Positions 16,725 to 26,523 of a DNA stretch of 64,000 nt are shown piece after piece. How positions within the stretch are numbered: the stretch's first letter is position 1; the number at the start of each line of letters is the position of its first letter. This stretch comes from Candidatus Aphodosoma sp. (GTDB lineage: Bacteria; Bacteroidota; Bacteroidia; Bacteroidales; Paludibacteraceae), in assembly GCA_051870785.1 (NCBI GenBank), contig JBJECF010000058.1, positions 37,601 through 101,600 on the forward strand, in the 5' to 3' direction. The notes beneath the pieces were generated by a model. The model did not search any database. It was not told where the DNA came from and worked only from the letters and a program-made list of their open reading frames with translations. Both the position numbers and the translations under genes were made by a program.

Positions 16725-19700
16725 TTATTTTTTAGTCTCTTTATTATCTTCCAATTTTTTACGTTGGCGAGATTGTACTTCGTAAGAGATTGGAGTAGCT
16801 ACGAATAATGTAGAATATACACCTTCGATAACGCCGAGTAAGATAGCAAATACGAAACCGCGAATTGTTTCTCCACCGAAGATAAATATTGCAAGAAGCA
16901 CTATTGCAGTAGAGATAGAAGTAGAGAATGTACGGCTCAATGTAGAGTTAAGAGAAGCATTAAGCTGGTCTTTAAGGTCACGTTTAGGGAACAATTTAAG
17001 GTTCTCACGGATACGGTCAAAGATAACCACGGTATCGTTGATAGAATAACCGATAATAGTAAGGATAGCGGCAATAAATGCTTGGTCTATCTCGAGTGAG
17101 AAAGGCATAATGCTATAGAATATAGAGTACATTCCGAGGATGAAGAGTACGTCGTGAGCAAGAGCGGCAACGGCACCCAAAGAGAATCCCCAATTACGGA
17201 AACGGATTAAGATATAAAGGAAGATTGCTATCAAAGAGAACAATATTGCCCAAATAGCGGAAGTTTTGATGTCGCTTGCGATAGTAGGGCCAACCTTTTG
17301 TGAGCTTTGTACACCGAAAGTAACACCTTCTTCACCGAGTTGTGCCATACGATATCCGCCATTTTCAGCCACATAGCGTTGTAAGAACATATCTTTTGTA
17401 ATGCCCTCTGCCATTAAAGGTTTAAGTGCATTATAAAGCATTTCTTCTATCAACTCATCGGTTTGTTCGTCATTGGAATTAACCATATAGTTTGTAGAAA
17501 CGCGCACTTGATTTTCAGAACCCATAGTGATAACACTAGTTTGAGATTCTATAAAGATATTGCTCAACGTTTCACGAATTTCTTCTGTATTGACAGGATT
17601 TTCGAAACGAACTACATAGTTACGGCCACCGGAGAAGTCTATACCTTGTTTCAATCCGCGGAAAGAGAGAGAAACGATAGCTATAAGGATAATACAGCCT
17701 GAGATGATATATCCGATTTTACGTTTACCTATAAAATCGAAATGCACATTTTGGAACCATTTTTTAGTAATGGAAGTAGTGAAAGTATATCTGCGGTCTT
17801 TATCGGATTTAACGATAAAGTCATAAACAACGCGAGTGAGGAATACGCTGGTAAATACGGAAGTGATAATACCGATAATCAATGTAGTAGCGAAACCTTT
17901 TACAGGACCTGTACCGAAATAAACGAGGATAATACCGGTGATAAGGGTAGTAATGTTAGCATCGGCGATAGCGGAGAATGCATTGCTATAACCATCATTG
18001 ATGGCGGATTTGAAATTCTTTCCACTGCGAAGCTCTTCTCGGATACGCTCATAGATAAGCACGTTGGCATCGACAGCCATACCTAGGGTAAGAACGATAC
18101 CCGCAATACCAGGCAAAGTAAGTACAGCACGGAAAGAAGCCAATATACCGAAGAGGAATAAAACGTTGAAGAGCAATGCACCATCGGCGATAAGACCTGG
18201 TACTATTCCGTAGTAGAATAACATGTATATAAGTACGAGAACGAAAGCGATGATGAATGAAATCAAGCCGGATTGTATAGCCTCTTCACCGAGAGAAGGA
18301 CCAACTACATCTTCTTGGATAATACGAGCAGGGGCAGGCATTTTACCTGATTTAAGCACGTTGGCCAAGTCCTTAGCCTCTTCCGGAGTAAAGTTACCGG
18401 AAATTTCCGAACTACCGCCTGTAATTTCGGTATTTACAGTAGGGAAAGAGTATACATAATTATCGAGGACGATAGCTATTTCTCTACCGATATTTTCTTT
18501 AGTAAGGCGAGCCCAAATTTTAGAACCTTCGGCATTCATCTTCATACTAACTGTAGAAGAAGCGGAGTATTGACTAAAGTCGTCGCGAGCATCTGTAATA
18601 ACGTCGCCGCTAAGAGGGGCGCGACCGTCGCGATTAGAACATTTAATAGCTATAAGTTGATAATAAGGAACTTTATCATTAGGATTGATAGGTTTTACAG
18701 TCCATTTAAATCTCAACTCGCGAGGGAAAAGCTCTGCCACTTGTTTTAGAGCGAGTATACTATTTACCTCAGCGGTATCAGAAGCGCGACAAAGGCCAAG
18801 GATAGGACCGTTATTTTGTTGTGGTTGAAGGCGAGAGAATAGAGGATATTCGCGACGGATTTCTTCTTCCGACATTTGCTCATCTTTATTTTCTTCAATG
18901 GTAGAGTCGTTTTCAAGTGAATTAAGGATTTGACTAACTTCGTCATCTTCTACGCTTTCTGCATTTTCAGCTTCAACAGGCTCAACCTCTTCAGCAACCT
19001 CTTCAGCAACCTCTTCAACTACTTTATTAGCTTCGGTTTCTTCGGCTTTAGCTTTATTAATATCACGGATGATATTGTTAGCAGCTTCGAGTTGAGGGGC
19101 AACTTCTGAGTATTTAAAAGTCTCCCAGAATTCGAGGTTTGCAGAACCTTGAAGGAGTTTTCGCACGCGCTCCGGCTCTTTAACGCCCGGAAGTTCTACA
19201 AGAATACGACCCTCTTTATCGAGTTGTTGAATATTTGGTTGTACAACTCCAAATCGGTCGATACGAGTACGTAACACATTGAATGAGTTAGCTATAGCTG
19301 CATCAACCTCTTCTTGAAGCACTTTAATAACTTCGTCATTAGAAGCTGAACTGGAAATACGATCTTTAAAATCATAGGTACTGAAAATACCTGCAAGACG
19401 GGCATGAGGGTCCAGCTTTTCAAACTCTTCTTGGAAAAGTTTAAGGAAATTATCTCCTGACACTACTTGACGTTTATTGGCTTCAGAAAGTGCTTTATTA
19501 AAGTTTTCGTTTGTATTGTAGTCAGACAAAGCTTTAACTACGTCAACAACAGAAACTTCGAGGGTAACATTCATACCACCTTTAAGGTCAAGACCTAAGT
19601 TAATTTCTTTTTCACGGCACTCTTTTAGGGTATATCCCAACCAAACTTCTTGGGATGAAACAGAGTCCATGTAATCGTAATACTTGCCATTATCGCCTTG

Positions 19701-19817
19701 AGCATATTCACGAGCGCGGTCTTCATATCTGCTTGTTACAAAGCTGAAAGAGAGATAAAACGCGCAAATAAGGAATAACAACGATGCAAGTGTTATAACA
19801 AATCCTTTGTTTTGCAT
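16725..19817 (-). CDS. secDF: Fused protein-export membrane protein SecDF
   Basis: 1030 aa. The SecD and SecF halves each have 6 TM segments, and the fusion is typical of Bacteroidota. Contains an acidic low-complexity insert (EEVAEEVAEEVEPVEAENAESVEDDE). Confidence 0.95.
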   Translation of the reverse strand: MQNKGFVITLASLLFLICAFYLSFSFVTSRYEDRAREYAQGDNGKYYDYMDSVSSQEVWLGYTLKECREKEINLGLDLKGGMNVTLEVSVVDVVKALSDYNTNENFNKALSEANKRQVVSGDNFLKLFQEEFEKLDPHARLAGIFSTYDFKDRISSSASNDEVIKVLQEEVDAAIANSFNVLRTRIDRFGVVQPNIQQLDKEGRILVELPGVKEPERVRKLLQGSANLEFWETFKYSEVAPQLEAANNIIRDINKAKAEETEANKVVEEVAEEVAEEVEPVEAENAESVEDDEVSQILNSLENDSTIEENKDEQMSEEEIRREYPLFSRLQPQQNNGPILGLCRASDTAEVNSILALKQVAELFPRELRFKWTVKPINPNDKVPYYQLIAIKCSNRDGRAPLSGDVITDARDDFSQYSASSTVSMKMNAEGSKIWARLTKENIGREIAIVLDNYVYSFPTVNTEITGGSSEISGNFTPEEAKDLANVLKSGKMPAPARIIQEDVVGPSLGEEAIQSGLISFIIAFVLVLIYMLFYYGIVPGLIADGALLFNVLFLFGILASFRAVLTLPGIAGIVLTLGMAVDANVLIYERIREELRSGKNFKSAINDGYSNAFSAIADANITTLITGIILVYFGTGPVKGFATTLIIGIITSVFTSVFLTRVVYDFIVKSDKDRRYTFTTSITKKWFQNVHFDFIGKRKIGYIISGCIILIAIVSLSFRGLKQGIDFSGGRNYVVRFENPVNTEEIRETLSNIFIESQTSVITMGSENQVRVSTNYMVNSNDEQTDELIEEMLYNALKPLMAEGITKDMFLQRYVAENGGYRMAQLGEEGVTFGVQSSQKVGPTIASDIKTSAIWAILFSLIAIFLYILIRFRNWGFSLGAVAALAHDVLFILGMYSIFYSIMPFSLEIDQAFIAAILTIIGYSINDTVVIFDRIRENLKLFPKRDLKDQLNASLNSTLSRTFSTSISTAIVLLAIFIFGGETIRGFVFAILLGVIEGVYSTLFVATPISYEVQSRQRKKLEDNKETKK

Positions 19818-19927
19818 GTTATAAAAATTAGTTATATTATTTATTTAATTTATTATATTTCAGTAAGTTACACGATAAAACAACGTATATTCAAGCCTTC
19901 TTGCCTAACATACCAATTATCAAAATG

Positions 19928-19935
19928 CAAAGGTA
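19928..19935 (-). promoter_or_regulatory. Bacteroidota -7 promoter motif upstream of secDF
   Basis: Plus strand CAAAGGTA, i.e. TACCTTTG on the minus strand, about 110 nt upstream of the ATG at 19817. Confidence 0.35.
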
Positions 19936-20471
19936 AGTATTTTTTTGATAATTATATACTATACAGGCAGTTTTTTTAACATCGAATGTAAAGAGCACTT
20001 TTTATCGTCATATTCAAAGGAAATAAGATTATTAATGGCCCCCTGAAAAGAATAAAAATGAAAGGAATCAATACGAAAGCAATTTTTTTACTTCATTAAA
20101 ATATGATTCTATATAGTCATCAAAAATATTTTCAAAACCGACAGCATAACAAAATGCCGATGCCAACTCTATACGTTCATCTACATTTGCTTTTAGTAAA
20201 TTTTGAGATATCACAAATTGTGTCAAAACACAAAACAATGATAATAATATTTTCCTCATAATACAAAACCCTTATAAATAATGTTTTAAAAATAAATTTA
20301 AATGTTTATTATAAATAAATTCTTCAAAAAATAATTCCTTTTCAAAGGAAATAATTTCAATGAAACAAACAAGCTAAAAATCAAGAAAAAAAAGCTACTC
20401 TTGTAAACTACATTGGCGAAACTTGCATTAATACAATGCTAAATACATTTTTCTACTTTATCAGCATACAA

Positions 20472-20520
20472 CAAAAAAATAATACGGGGTGTGACGCTTA
20501 AACGATAAGTGTTACACCCC
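20472..20520 (-). terminator. Terminator-like hairpin downstream of the RND efflux operon
   Basis: 11-bp stem (CGGGGTGTGAC / GTGTTACACCCCG, one G-U pair). On the minus strand it is followed by a T-run (plus-strand A-run 20472..20478). Confidence 0.45.
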
Positions 20521-20772
20521 GATTTACATAATAATTATCTGAAAAAGTATTTCCAGACTTTAATCATAGATAATGCTTAATAAATAATCACAACTATTAC
20601 ATAAATAAATGCAAATAGACAAATGTATATAATTAAAAGAATAGATGTCGATGTCGGTTTATGAATACAATAATCCTCTTTCGCAGGCAAGCAGTCAGGA
20701 AGGCGAGCTGTTTTGAGTTTGGGCGGGCGAGCAAGCGGGCGAGCGGACCAAAATAGGCTTAAGTGGCTTTAA

Positions 20773-22089
20773 CTATTCGCGGGCGGACAGACCCAAGTAT
20801 GCGTTGGTGGCTTTAAGCAGTTTTGCCAAATCGTTATGAGCGGCGAGTTTTGCTTGTACAAAATTCATCTGTGCATTCTGCCTGTAATTCTGAGCATCTA
20901 TTACTTCGAGAATAGATGCTTTACCCTCGTGGTATCGATCTATTGCCAACTCTTCATTCTCAAGGGCTTTCTGCAATGAGATGCGTGCCAGTTCGGTTTG
21001 CTCGATAGTTTGATTAAGGGAGTTTCGTGCCGCTTCTATATCCAGGTTCACTTCGTCTTTTACTTTATTGTAGTTATCCATGGCTATTTCGGACTTGATT
21101 TTGGTTGCTTTAGCTTCGTTTCGTACCCTTCCCCATTCCGAAATCGGCACGGAGAGTGTGGCATATACGGCATAGTTAAAGTCCATATCACTTTTGAAGT
21201 TATACCCCGGAGATGAGTAGGTGCCATCTATACCAACAGATATTTGCGGGCGGTATTTTGATACCGTCAGATTATGTTCACTCTCTGCGATATTCATCTT
21301 CATTCGAGCTATTTTGAGTTCCGGTCTCTCATTCAGCTCCCTCACCTCTTGTGTCAATGTAAAATAAGATACCGTATCGTCTATCTCGATAAATTTGTCA
21401 AGAGGCTCTCCGATTAAGGAGTTGAGAGCCATCATGCTATTTTCGAAATTTTTTTTAGATTGGCGATATTGGAAATCGGCATCATTGAGTCTCACCTCCA
21501 TCATCAACAAATCTTGACGGTCGGTCATACCCGCTTCAACACGCTCACGTATCTTTTCAGTAAGCGATGTTACGGAAGCCTTATAATCCTCCAGAATACC
21601 GGCTATCTCTTTATAAGCCACCGTATTCCAATATTGTATATCGGCATGCATACATATAGCTGTACGGATAAGCTCTTCTTGGTACGTAGAGAGCTGGTGA
21701 TTATATTTTGCGATATGCAACGTTTCGAGCAGTCGTCCACCGGAATATACGGGTTGTTGTAGCGAGAGCCCGATGCCGTATGCCATATCGGTGCCGGTAA
21801 AAGTAACCGGTTCTGTAGCCGATGGCAGATTGAGCATCAGCTGATAAGGGAAGCCTGTGTACTTGAAATTGGCACTTCCGCTCAACTGCGGGCAAAAATT
21901 TTGATTTGCCGATTTAATTAGGCTCAACGATGCTTCCACGCCCTTCTCGGCAGCTTTTATATCATGGCTATACTCGAGTGCCATACTCCTGTATTTGAGT
22001 AGTAAAGGGGTATCTTGCGCCATAGCAAAGCAAGGAAAATAACAGAGCAAAACGATGCAGATATATTTAGCTTTCTTCATACACTTCAT
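20773..22089 (-). CDS. TolC-family outer-membrane efflux protein of the RND operon
   Basis: Signal peptide, two-repeat OEP-like coiled-coil sequence, and a 4-nt overlap with the upstream pump gene. Confidence 0.85.
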   Translation of the reverse strand: MKCMKKAKYICIVLLCYFPCFAMAQDTPLLLKYRSMALEYSHDIKAAEKGVEASLSLIKSANQNFCPQLSGSANFKYTGFPYQLMLNLPSATEPVTFTGTDMAYGIGLSLQQPVYSGGRLLETLHIAKYNHQLSTYQEELIRTAICMHADIQYWNTVAYKEIAGILEDYKASVTSLTEKIRERVEAGMTDRQDLLMMEVRLNDADFQYRQSKKNFENSMMALNSLIGEPLDKFIEIDDTVSYFTLTQEVRELNERPELKIARMKMNIAESEHNLTVSKYRPQISVGIDGTYSSPGYNFKSDMDFNYAVYATLSVPISEWGRVRNEAKATKIKSEIAMDNYNKVKDEVNLDIEAARNSLNQTIEQTELARISLQKALENEELAIDRYHEGKASILEVIDAQNYRQNAQMNFVQAKLAAHNDLAKLLKATNAYLGLSARE

Positions 22090-25000
22090 TTTTTAGATTT
22101 AATACGATAGATAAGGGTATATAGAGCCGGAGTAGCTAAAAGGGTCAGGATAGTGGCAAAGAGCAATCCAAAGATTATAGTAGCTGCCATACCTCCAAAT
22201 GCTACATCGAAGAGCAGAGGTACCATACCAAGGATGGTAGTCGTAGCGGCCATCAACACCGGGCGAGTACGCGACACTGTAGCTTCTATCACGGCGGTAT
22301 AAGCATCTACACCCTTATTACGCTGTATATTTATCTCATCGAGGAGTACTATTACATTTTTTATTATCATACCGAGCAAGCCGAGCCATCCGGCGATAGG
22401 GAAAAATCCGAAATCGAAGCCGGTGACGAGCATTCCCACCGCCACGCCGATAAGTGATAATGGCAAGATACAGATGATGATAATAGGTTGTCGGAAATTT
22501 CCGAAAAGGGCAACCAGAATCACCACCAAGGCAAGAAACGCGAGAGGGAAGAATTTTGCGAGAGCGAGTAAGCCCTCTTTCTGGTCTTTAAATTGAGAAT
22601 CCCAAAAGAATGAATATCCCTCAGGCAGAGCAATTTGCTCTATCTCATCGCGTATTTCGCCATGTACTTCCGCCATGGTATGCCCAGGTTTTACACCACA
22701 CGATGCCGCCATCGACAATTGACGGTTGTAAGTACGAATTTGCGGCCATTCCCAGTCAACTTTTACTCCGTTGGTAACCTGAGAGATAGGAGCGGAAGCC
22801 CGTCCGTTCCAAACGTAGAAATTTTCAAGGGCTTTATTATCAGTGATTTCGGAATCGACAGTCTTCAGCAGTACCGGCACCAATCTTTCATTATCACGAT
22901 AGGTAGCCACTGCAATACCATCGCTGATGGATTTCACGGATTTCATCATCTGCTCTTTGGAGATAGTGACGTTACCCGCCTTAACGGGGTCGTATTCCGG
23001 GCGAAGGACGAGGGTCATATTGCCCCATTCGTTACGCACATCCGCCGCTTTCGGATTTTTACGCATGATATCGGTAGCAACTCCGACAAGGGAGTCGAGC
23101 ACCGCTGCATCCGGTCCGAGAAATCGCCCCTCTATCATCGCTTCGGTAAGCGGACTAAGTTCAAATTTATTCACTTTGATAAGTGGTTCCGGAAAGTAAG
23201 AGCGTACGGAATCTTGCAACAATTTATGAAAACGCACGGCATCTTTCGGGGTTTTACACTTGATAAGCAGTTGTGCATAATTCGATTGAGGACCGAAAGC
23301 GATATTCGAAAGGTAATAACGAGGAGGTGTGCGACCAACAAAAGCAGTCACCGACTCCACCTCTCCATGCAGGGATACATAGTCGGCTATATCACCTGAA
23401 ATTCTGTCCGTTTCATAGATATTAGTGCCTTCGGGTAGCCACATATCCATAGTGAAATACTGCTTTTCGAGTGCCGGCACAAACACCTTCGGTATATATT
23501 TAAAGCTCATTGCCGACAGTACTAAAGCAATAATTAAAAGACAAATAAAAGCTACACGATACTTTATCACTTTACGTAGCATCGAGCGGAATAGATTATA
23601 ATATTTACCTCCGAAGAGTTCGGCTTTCAGCTCCTCCAGGCGTGGGCGACGTACAAATTCCTGGATGAAAAAAGGATTTTGAGTAAGTGCAAAAACCCAG
23701 CTAAACATCAACGACACACCAATTACAATAACCAGCGACGACAATAATTCGCCGGTAATATGAGGTGAATAATAGATAGGCAAAAAGGTAAGAATTGCAA
23801 TAACCGTAGCCGCAAACAGAGGTATGGCGGTGGATGAACAAGCGTTCAAGATAGCGGGTCTTTTTCGCATACCGCGTTGCATATTCACCAAGGTGGAATC
23901 GAACACCACGATAGCGTTATCCACGAGCATACCCATTGCTATGATGATGGCGGCAAGTGACATACGTTGTAGTGCAATGCCGGAAAACATCATCACTATC
24001 AAAGTAGCAAAGATAGAAAATACCAAACCGCTACCGACAAGGATACCGTTTTTAAAACCGATAAAAAAAAGCAGTACGGCAACAACGGTGACTACGGATA
24101 TTATCAAGTTATTGATAAAGCCCTTATTTGCGATGGCGGACTCATGACCTTGATCGTAAATAGTATGCAATTCGTACCCATCGGGCATAGTAGTTTTGAA
24201 TTTGTCGAGTGTGTACTTAACGGCTTCCGCCATATCTACAACGTTACCCGTTGGCACTGTGGAGATAGCGATACCTATAGCAGGTTCTCCGCCGATACGC
24301 ATGATATTACCCGGAGGGGTACGATACGACTCTCTGATATCGGCAATATCACCGAGGCGGAAATGCTCGCCTCTTTTAGATACTATAGTAGTGGCTTTTA
24401 TATCGTCGAGCGACCGATAATTACCTGTAGCTTCAATACGCAGTCTAACGTCACCGGCATCCACACCACCGGCATCCACTACCTTATTACGGGCATCAAT
24501 AGCACGTGTAATATCGGCAGTAGTAATACCGCTTTGCGACATCACGGCAGGTGGTAAAATTACGTCGATAGTAGGAGTTTGCACCCCGTAAATCTCTACT
24601 TTGGCTACATCTTTTACCTTAAGAAGTTGATTTTTAATCAATTTAGCCTCATCTTCCAATTGGCGAAAGGTATATCCCTCGCCCGTCAAGCCGTAGAAAA
24701 CACCCAATACATCGCCGAAATCATCGTTGACGATAGACTTGCCACATCCCGGAGGCAATTTACTCTGAGCATCATTCACTTTACGGCGGAGTTTATCCCA
24801 CAGCTGTTGCATCTCGTTGGCGCGAATCTCCTTTTTTACGTAAACAGTAATTTTGGAAATTCCCGCTCTATTTTCAGTTTTAAGATAGTATAATTCGCCA
24901 AGCGACTGAATAGCCTCTTCGAGCACATCAGTCACCTGAGATTGTACCTCTTGCGGTGAAGCACCCGGATATGGGGTTAGCACCAGAGCCTGCTTGATAG

Positions 25001-25121
25001 TGAACGGCGCATCCTCAAGCTTACCCATTTTCATGTAAGAGAAAATACCAACGGCAATAACCAGCACAAGCAACAATATAGTGACGCTCTTTTTCTTTAA
25101 AAAATATTCTATCAACTTCAT
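22086..25121 (-). CDS. RND efflux pump permease (AcrB/AcrD/AcrF family)
   Basis: About 1010 aa with 12-TM RND topology and two large periplasmic loops. ATG at 25121 (MKLIEYFLKKKSV) is preferred over the track's TTG at 25130. Confidence 0.95.
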   Translation of the reverse strand: MKLIEYFLKKKSVTILLLVLVIAVGIFSYMKMGKLEDAPFTIKQALVLTPYPGASPQEVQSQVTDVLEEAIQSLGELYYLKTENRAGISKITVYVKKEIRANEMQQLWDKLRRKVNDAQSKLPPGCGKSIVNDDFGDVLGVFYGLTGEGYTFRQLEDEAKLIKNQLLKVKDVAKVEIYGVQTPTIDVILPPAVMSQSGITTADITRAIDARNKVVDAGGVDAGDVRLRIEATGNYRSLDDIKATTIVSKRGEHFRLGDIADIRESYRTPPGNIMRIGGEPAIGIAISTVPTGNVVDMAEAVKYTLDKFKTTMPDGYELHTIYDQGHESAIANKGFINNLIISVVTVVAVLLFFIGFKNGILVGSGLVFSIFATLIVMMFSGIALQRMSLAAIIIAMGMLVDNAIVVFDSTLVNMQRGMRKRPAILNACSSTAIPLFAATVIAILTFLPIYYSPHITGELLSSLVIVIGVSLMFSWVFALTQNPFFIQEFVRRPRLEELKAELFGGKYYNLFRSMLRKVIKYRVAFICLLIIALVLSAMSFKYIPKVFVPALEKQYFTMDMWLPEGTNIYETDRISGDIADYVSLHGEVESVTAFVGRTPPRYYLSNIAFGPQSNYAQLLIKCKTPKDAVRFHKLLQDSVRSYFPEPLIKVNKFELSPLTEAMIEGRFLGPDAAVLDSLVGVATDIMRKNPKAADVRNEWGNMTLVLRPEYDPVKAGNVTISKEQMMKSVKSISDGIAVATYRDNERLVPVLLKTVDSEITDNKALENFYVWNGRASAPISQVTNGVKVDWEWPQIRTYNRQLSMAASCGVKPGHTMAEVHGEIRDEIEQIALPEGYSFFWDSQFKDQKEGLLALAKFFPLAFLALVVILVALFGNFRQPIIIICILPLSLIGVAVGMLVTGFDFGFFPIAGWLGLLGMIIKNVIVLLDEINIQRNKGVDAYTAVIEATVSRTRPVLMAATTTILGMVPLLFDVAFGGMAATIIFGLLFATILTLLATPALYTLIYRIKSKK

Positions 25122-25137
25122 TGAGGGCAAGCAGTTA

Positions 25138-26184
25138 TTATTTCTTATACAAATCGACTTTCATTCCATCGGAAAGAAATCTAAGACCCGTAAGGGCTAC
25201 TCTTTCTCCACAATTAAGACCGCATGAGATGGAAGCAAAGCCATTAGGTAGCAAAGTATTGAATTTCACAGCGCGCTTATTGACTGTGGTATCATTTTCA
25301 TTTACAATCCATACGAAATCTCCATCAACAGGACGATGACATAATGAGGCGATAGGAATTACCACACAAGTGTCGGTGCTATGCACATTATTCATTTTAA
25401 GGCGAGCCTTACCCGACATACCTGCCAACAGATTACCGCCATCGTTATTTAGCCTTGCAGTAAGCAGGTATGAAAGGTTATTACTCATAGTACCCTTGGA
25501 AACCTCCACCACTTCGGCATTATAAACGGTATCGGGTTCTGTATCGAAAATAAGGTCTATGGTACCGCTATGTTGCACGGATTTCGCTACCTCTTGTGTG
25601 ACGTAAATTTCAATTTTCAAGGAATTTATATCTATAAGAGTAACGATAGGCTGCGAAGCTTTCACATCCTGGAAGTTATCGATAAACACCTCACCGATAT
25701 ATCCGTCGAAAGGGGCAACGAGGCGAGTATCGTTCAAGTCGTTGACAGCGGCATCATATCCGGCTTTAGAAGCTAAATAGTCGGCTTTCGTCTTCTCATA
25801 AGCGCTGGCGGAGACATTATCTTTCTCGAATAGGGACGTAGCTCGGCGATACTCGGCATCCAACTGATGATACACTGCCTCGGCTCTATCCTTACGGATG
25901 ATAAAGTCGCGCGGGTCTAATTCGGCAATTACACTACCCTTACTGTAGTAATTACCTGAATGCACATTGAATTTATCGAGCAAACCAGATACGCGAAACG
26001 ACAATTCCGAAGTACGCCATGGTTTGGCAATAAAAGAGTACTCCTCTACCGCATCCGGCACCAAACAATCCACAACGGCAGTTTTTATAATTATTTTTTG
26101 ATTATCTTCTTGCTTTGATTTACATCCTGTTAATAACATCGTTACGAGTAAAATACCGGCAAGGAAACAGTTTTTGAAATTCAT
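25138..26184 (-). CDS. RND efflux periplasmic adaptor (membrane-fusion protein), lipoprotein
   Basis: LLTGC lipobox and a biotinyl-lipoyl-like/HlyD pattern (LVAPFDGYIGEVF). First gene of the adaptor-pump-OMP operon. Confidence 0.9.
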   Translation of the reverse strand: MNFKNCFLAGILLVTMLLTGCKSKQEDNQKIIIKTAVVDCLVPDAVEEYSFIAKPWRTSELSFRVSGLLDKFNVHSGNYYSKGSVIAELDPRDFIIRKDRAEAVYHQLDAEYRRATSLFEKDNVSASAYEKTKADYLASKAGYDAAVNDLNDTRLVAPFDGYIGEVFIDNFQDVKASQPIVTLIDINSLKIEIYVTQEVAKSVQHSGTIDLIFDTEPDTVYNAEVVEVSKGTMSNNLSYLLTARLNNDGGNLLAGMSGKARLKMNNVHSTDTCVVIPIASLCHRPVDGDFVWIVNENDTTVNKRAVKFNTLLPNGFASISCGLNCGERVALTGLRFLSDGMKVDLYKK

Positions 26185-26210
26185 TTCAACACAATTAATT
26201 AAATTCAGTG

Positions 26211-26218
26211 CAAACTTA
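26211..26218 (-). promoter_or_regulatory. Bacteroidota -7 promoter motif for the RND operon
   Basis: Plus strand CAAACTTA, i.e. TAAGTTTG on the minus strand, 27 nt upstream of the ATG at 26184. Confidence 0.4.
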
Positions 26219-26523
26219 ATATAAAGCCCGATTGTAAAAAAATAAATATTACCGAAATGCTAAAAAAGCAGTCCAAAACAACTATTTTTACTTACCACCG
26301 GGATTTTTCAAGAAATTATTTCAAACAAACATTTTGTCTATTGAGAAAAGAAACTCGCCTTTGCCGAGTAAAAAGGCTACATTTACGCAAAAAAGTACTC
26401 TCAATAAAATGGGAATATAACATAAAACAGCAGCCCAGCGACGTTTGCCACTGAGCTGCCTCCATTAAATATTTACACTCATAAAAATCCTTTTACAGAT
26501 GAAGTGCATCACCTACAAAAGTA

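Noticed and set aside
20068-20259. 63-codon minus-strand ORF with a signal peptide (MRKILLSLFCVLTQFVISQ...VDERIELASAFCYAVGFE)
   Set aside because: It may be the N-terminal stump of a larger exported protein (vaguely DUF4932-like). It is too short and my family recall is too weak to annotate, so it stays unannotated.
20684-20750. GC-rich patch with three GGCGAGC copies just downstream of the TolC gene stop
   Set aside because: It is striking in an AT-rich spacer, but it forms no hairpin, carries no ORF and has no other copy in the window. My hand counts do not show the RND operon to be compositionally distinct from the backbone (32/60 and 24/60), so I make no HGT claim.
22635-23399. 254-codon plus-strand ORF, plus several 70-140-codon ORFs between 22900 and 24900
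   Set aside because: They are antisense to the RND pump gene, whose full-length conservation is unambiguous. No independent motifs or start context.
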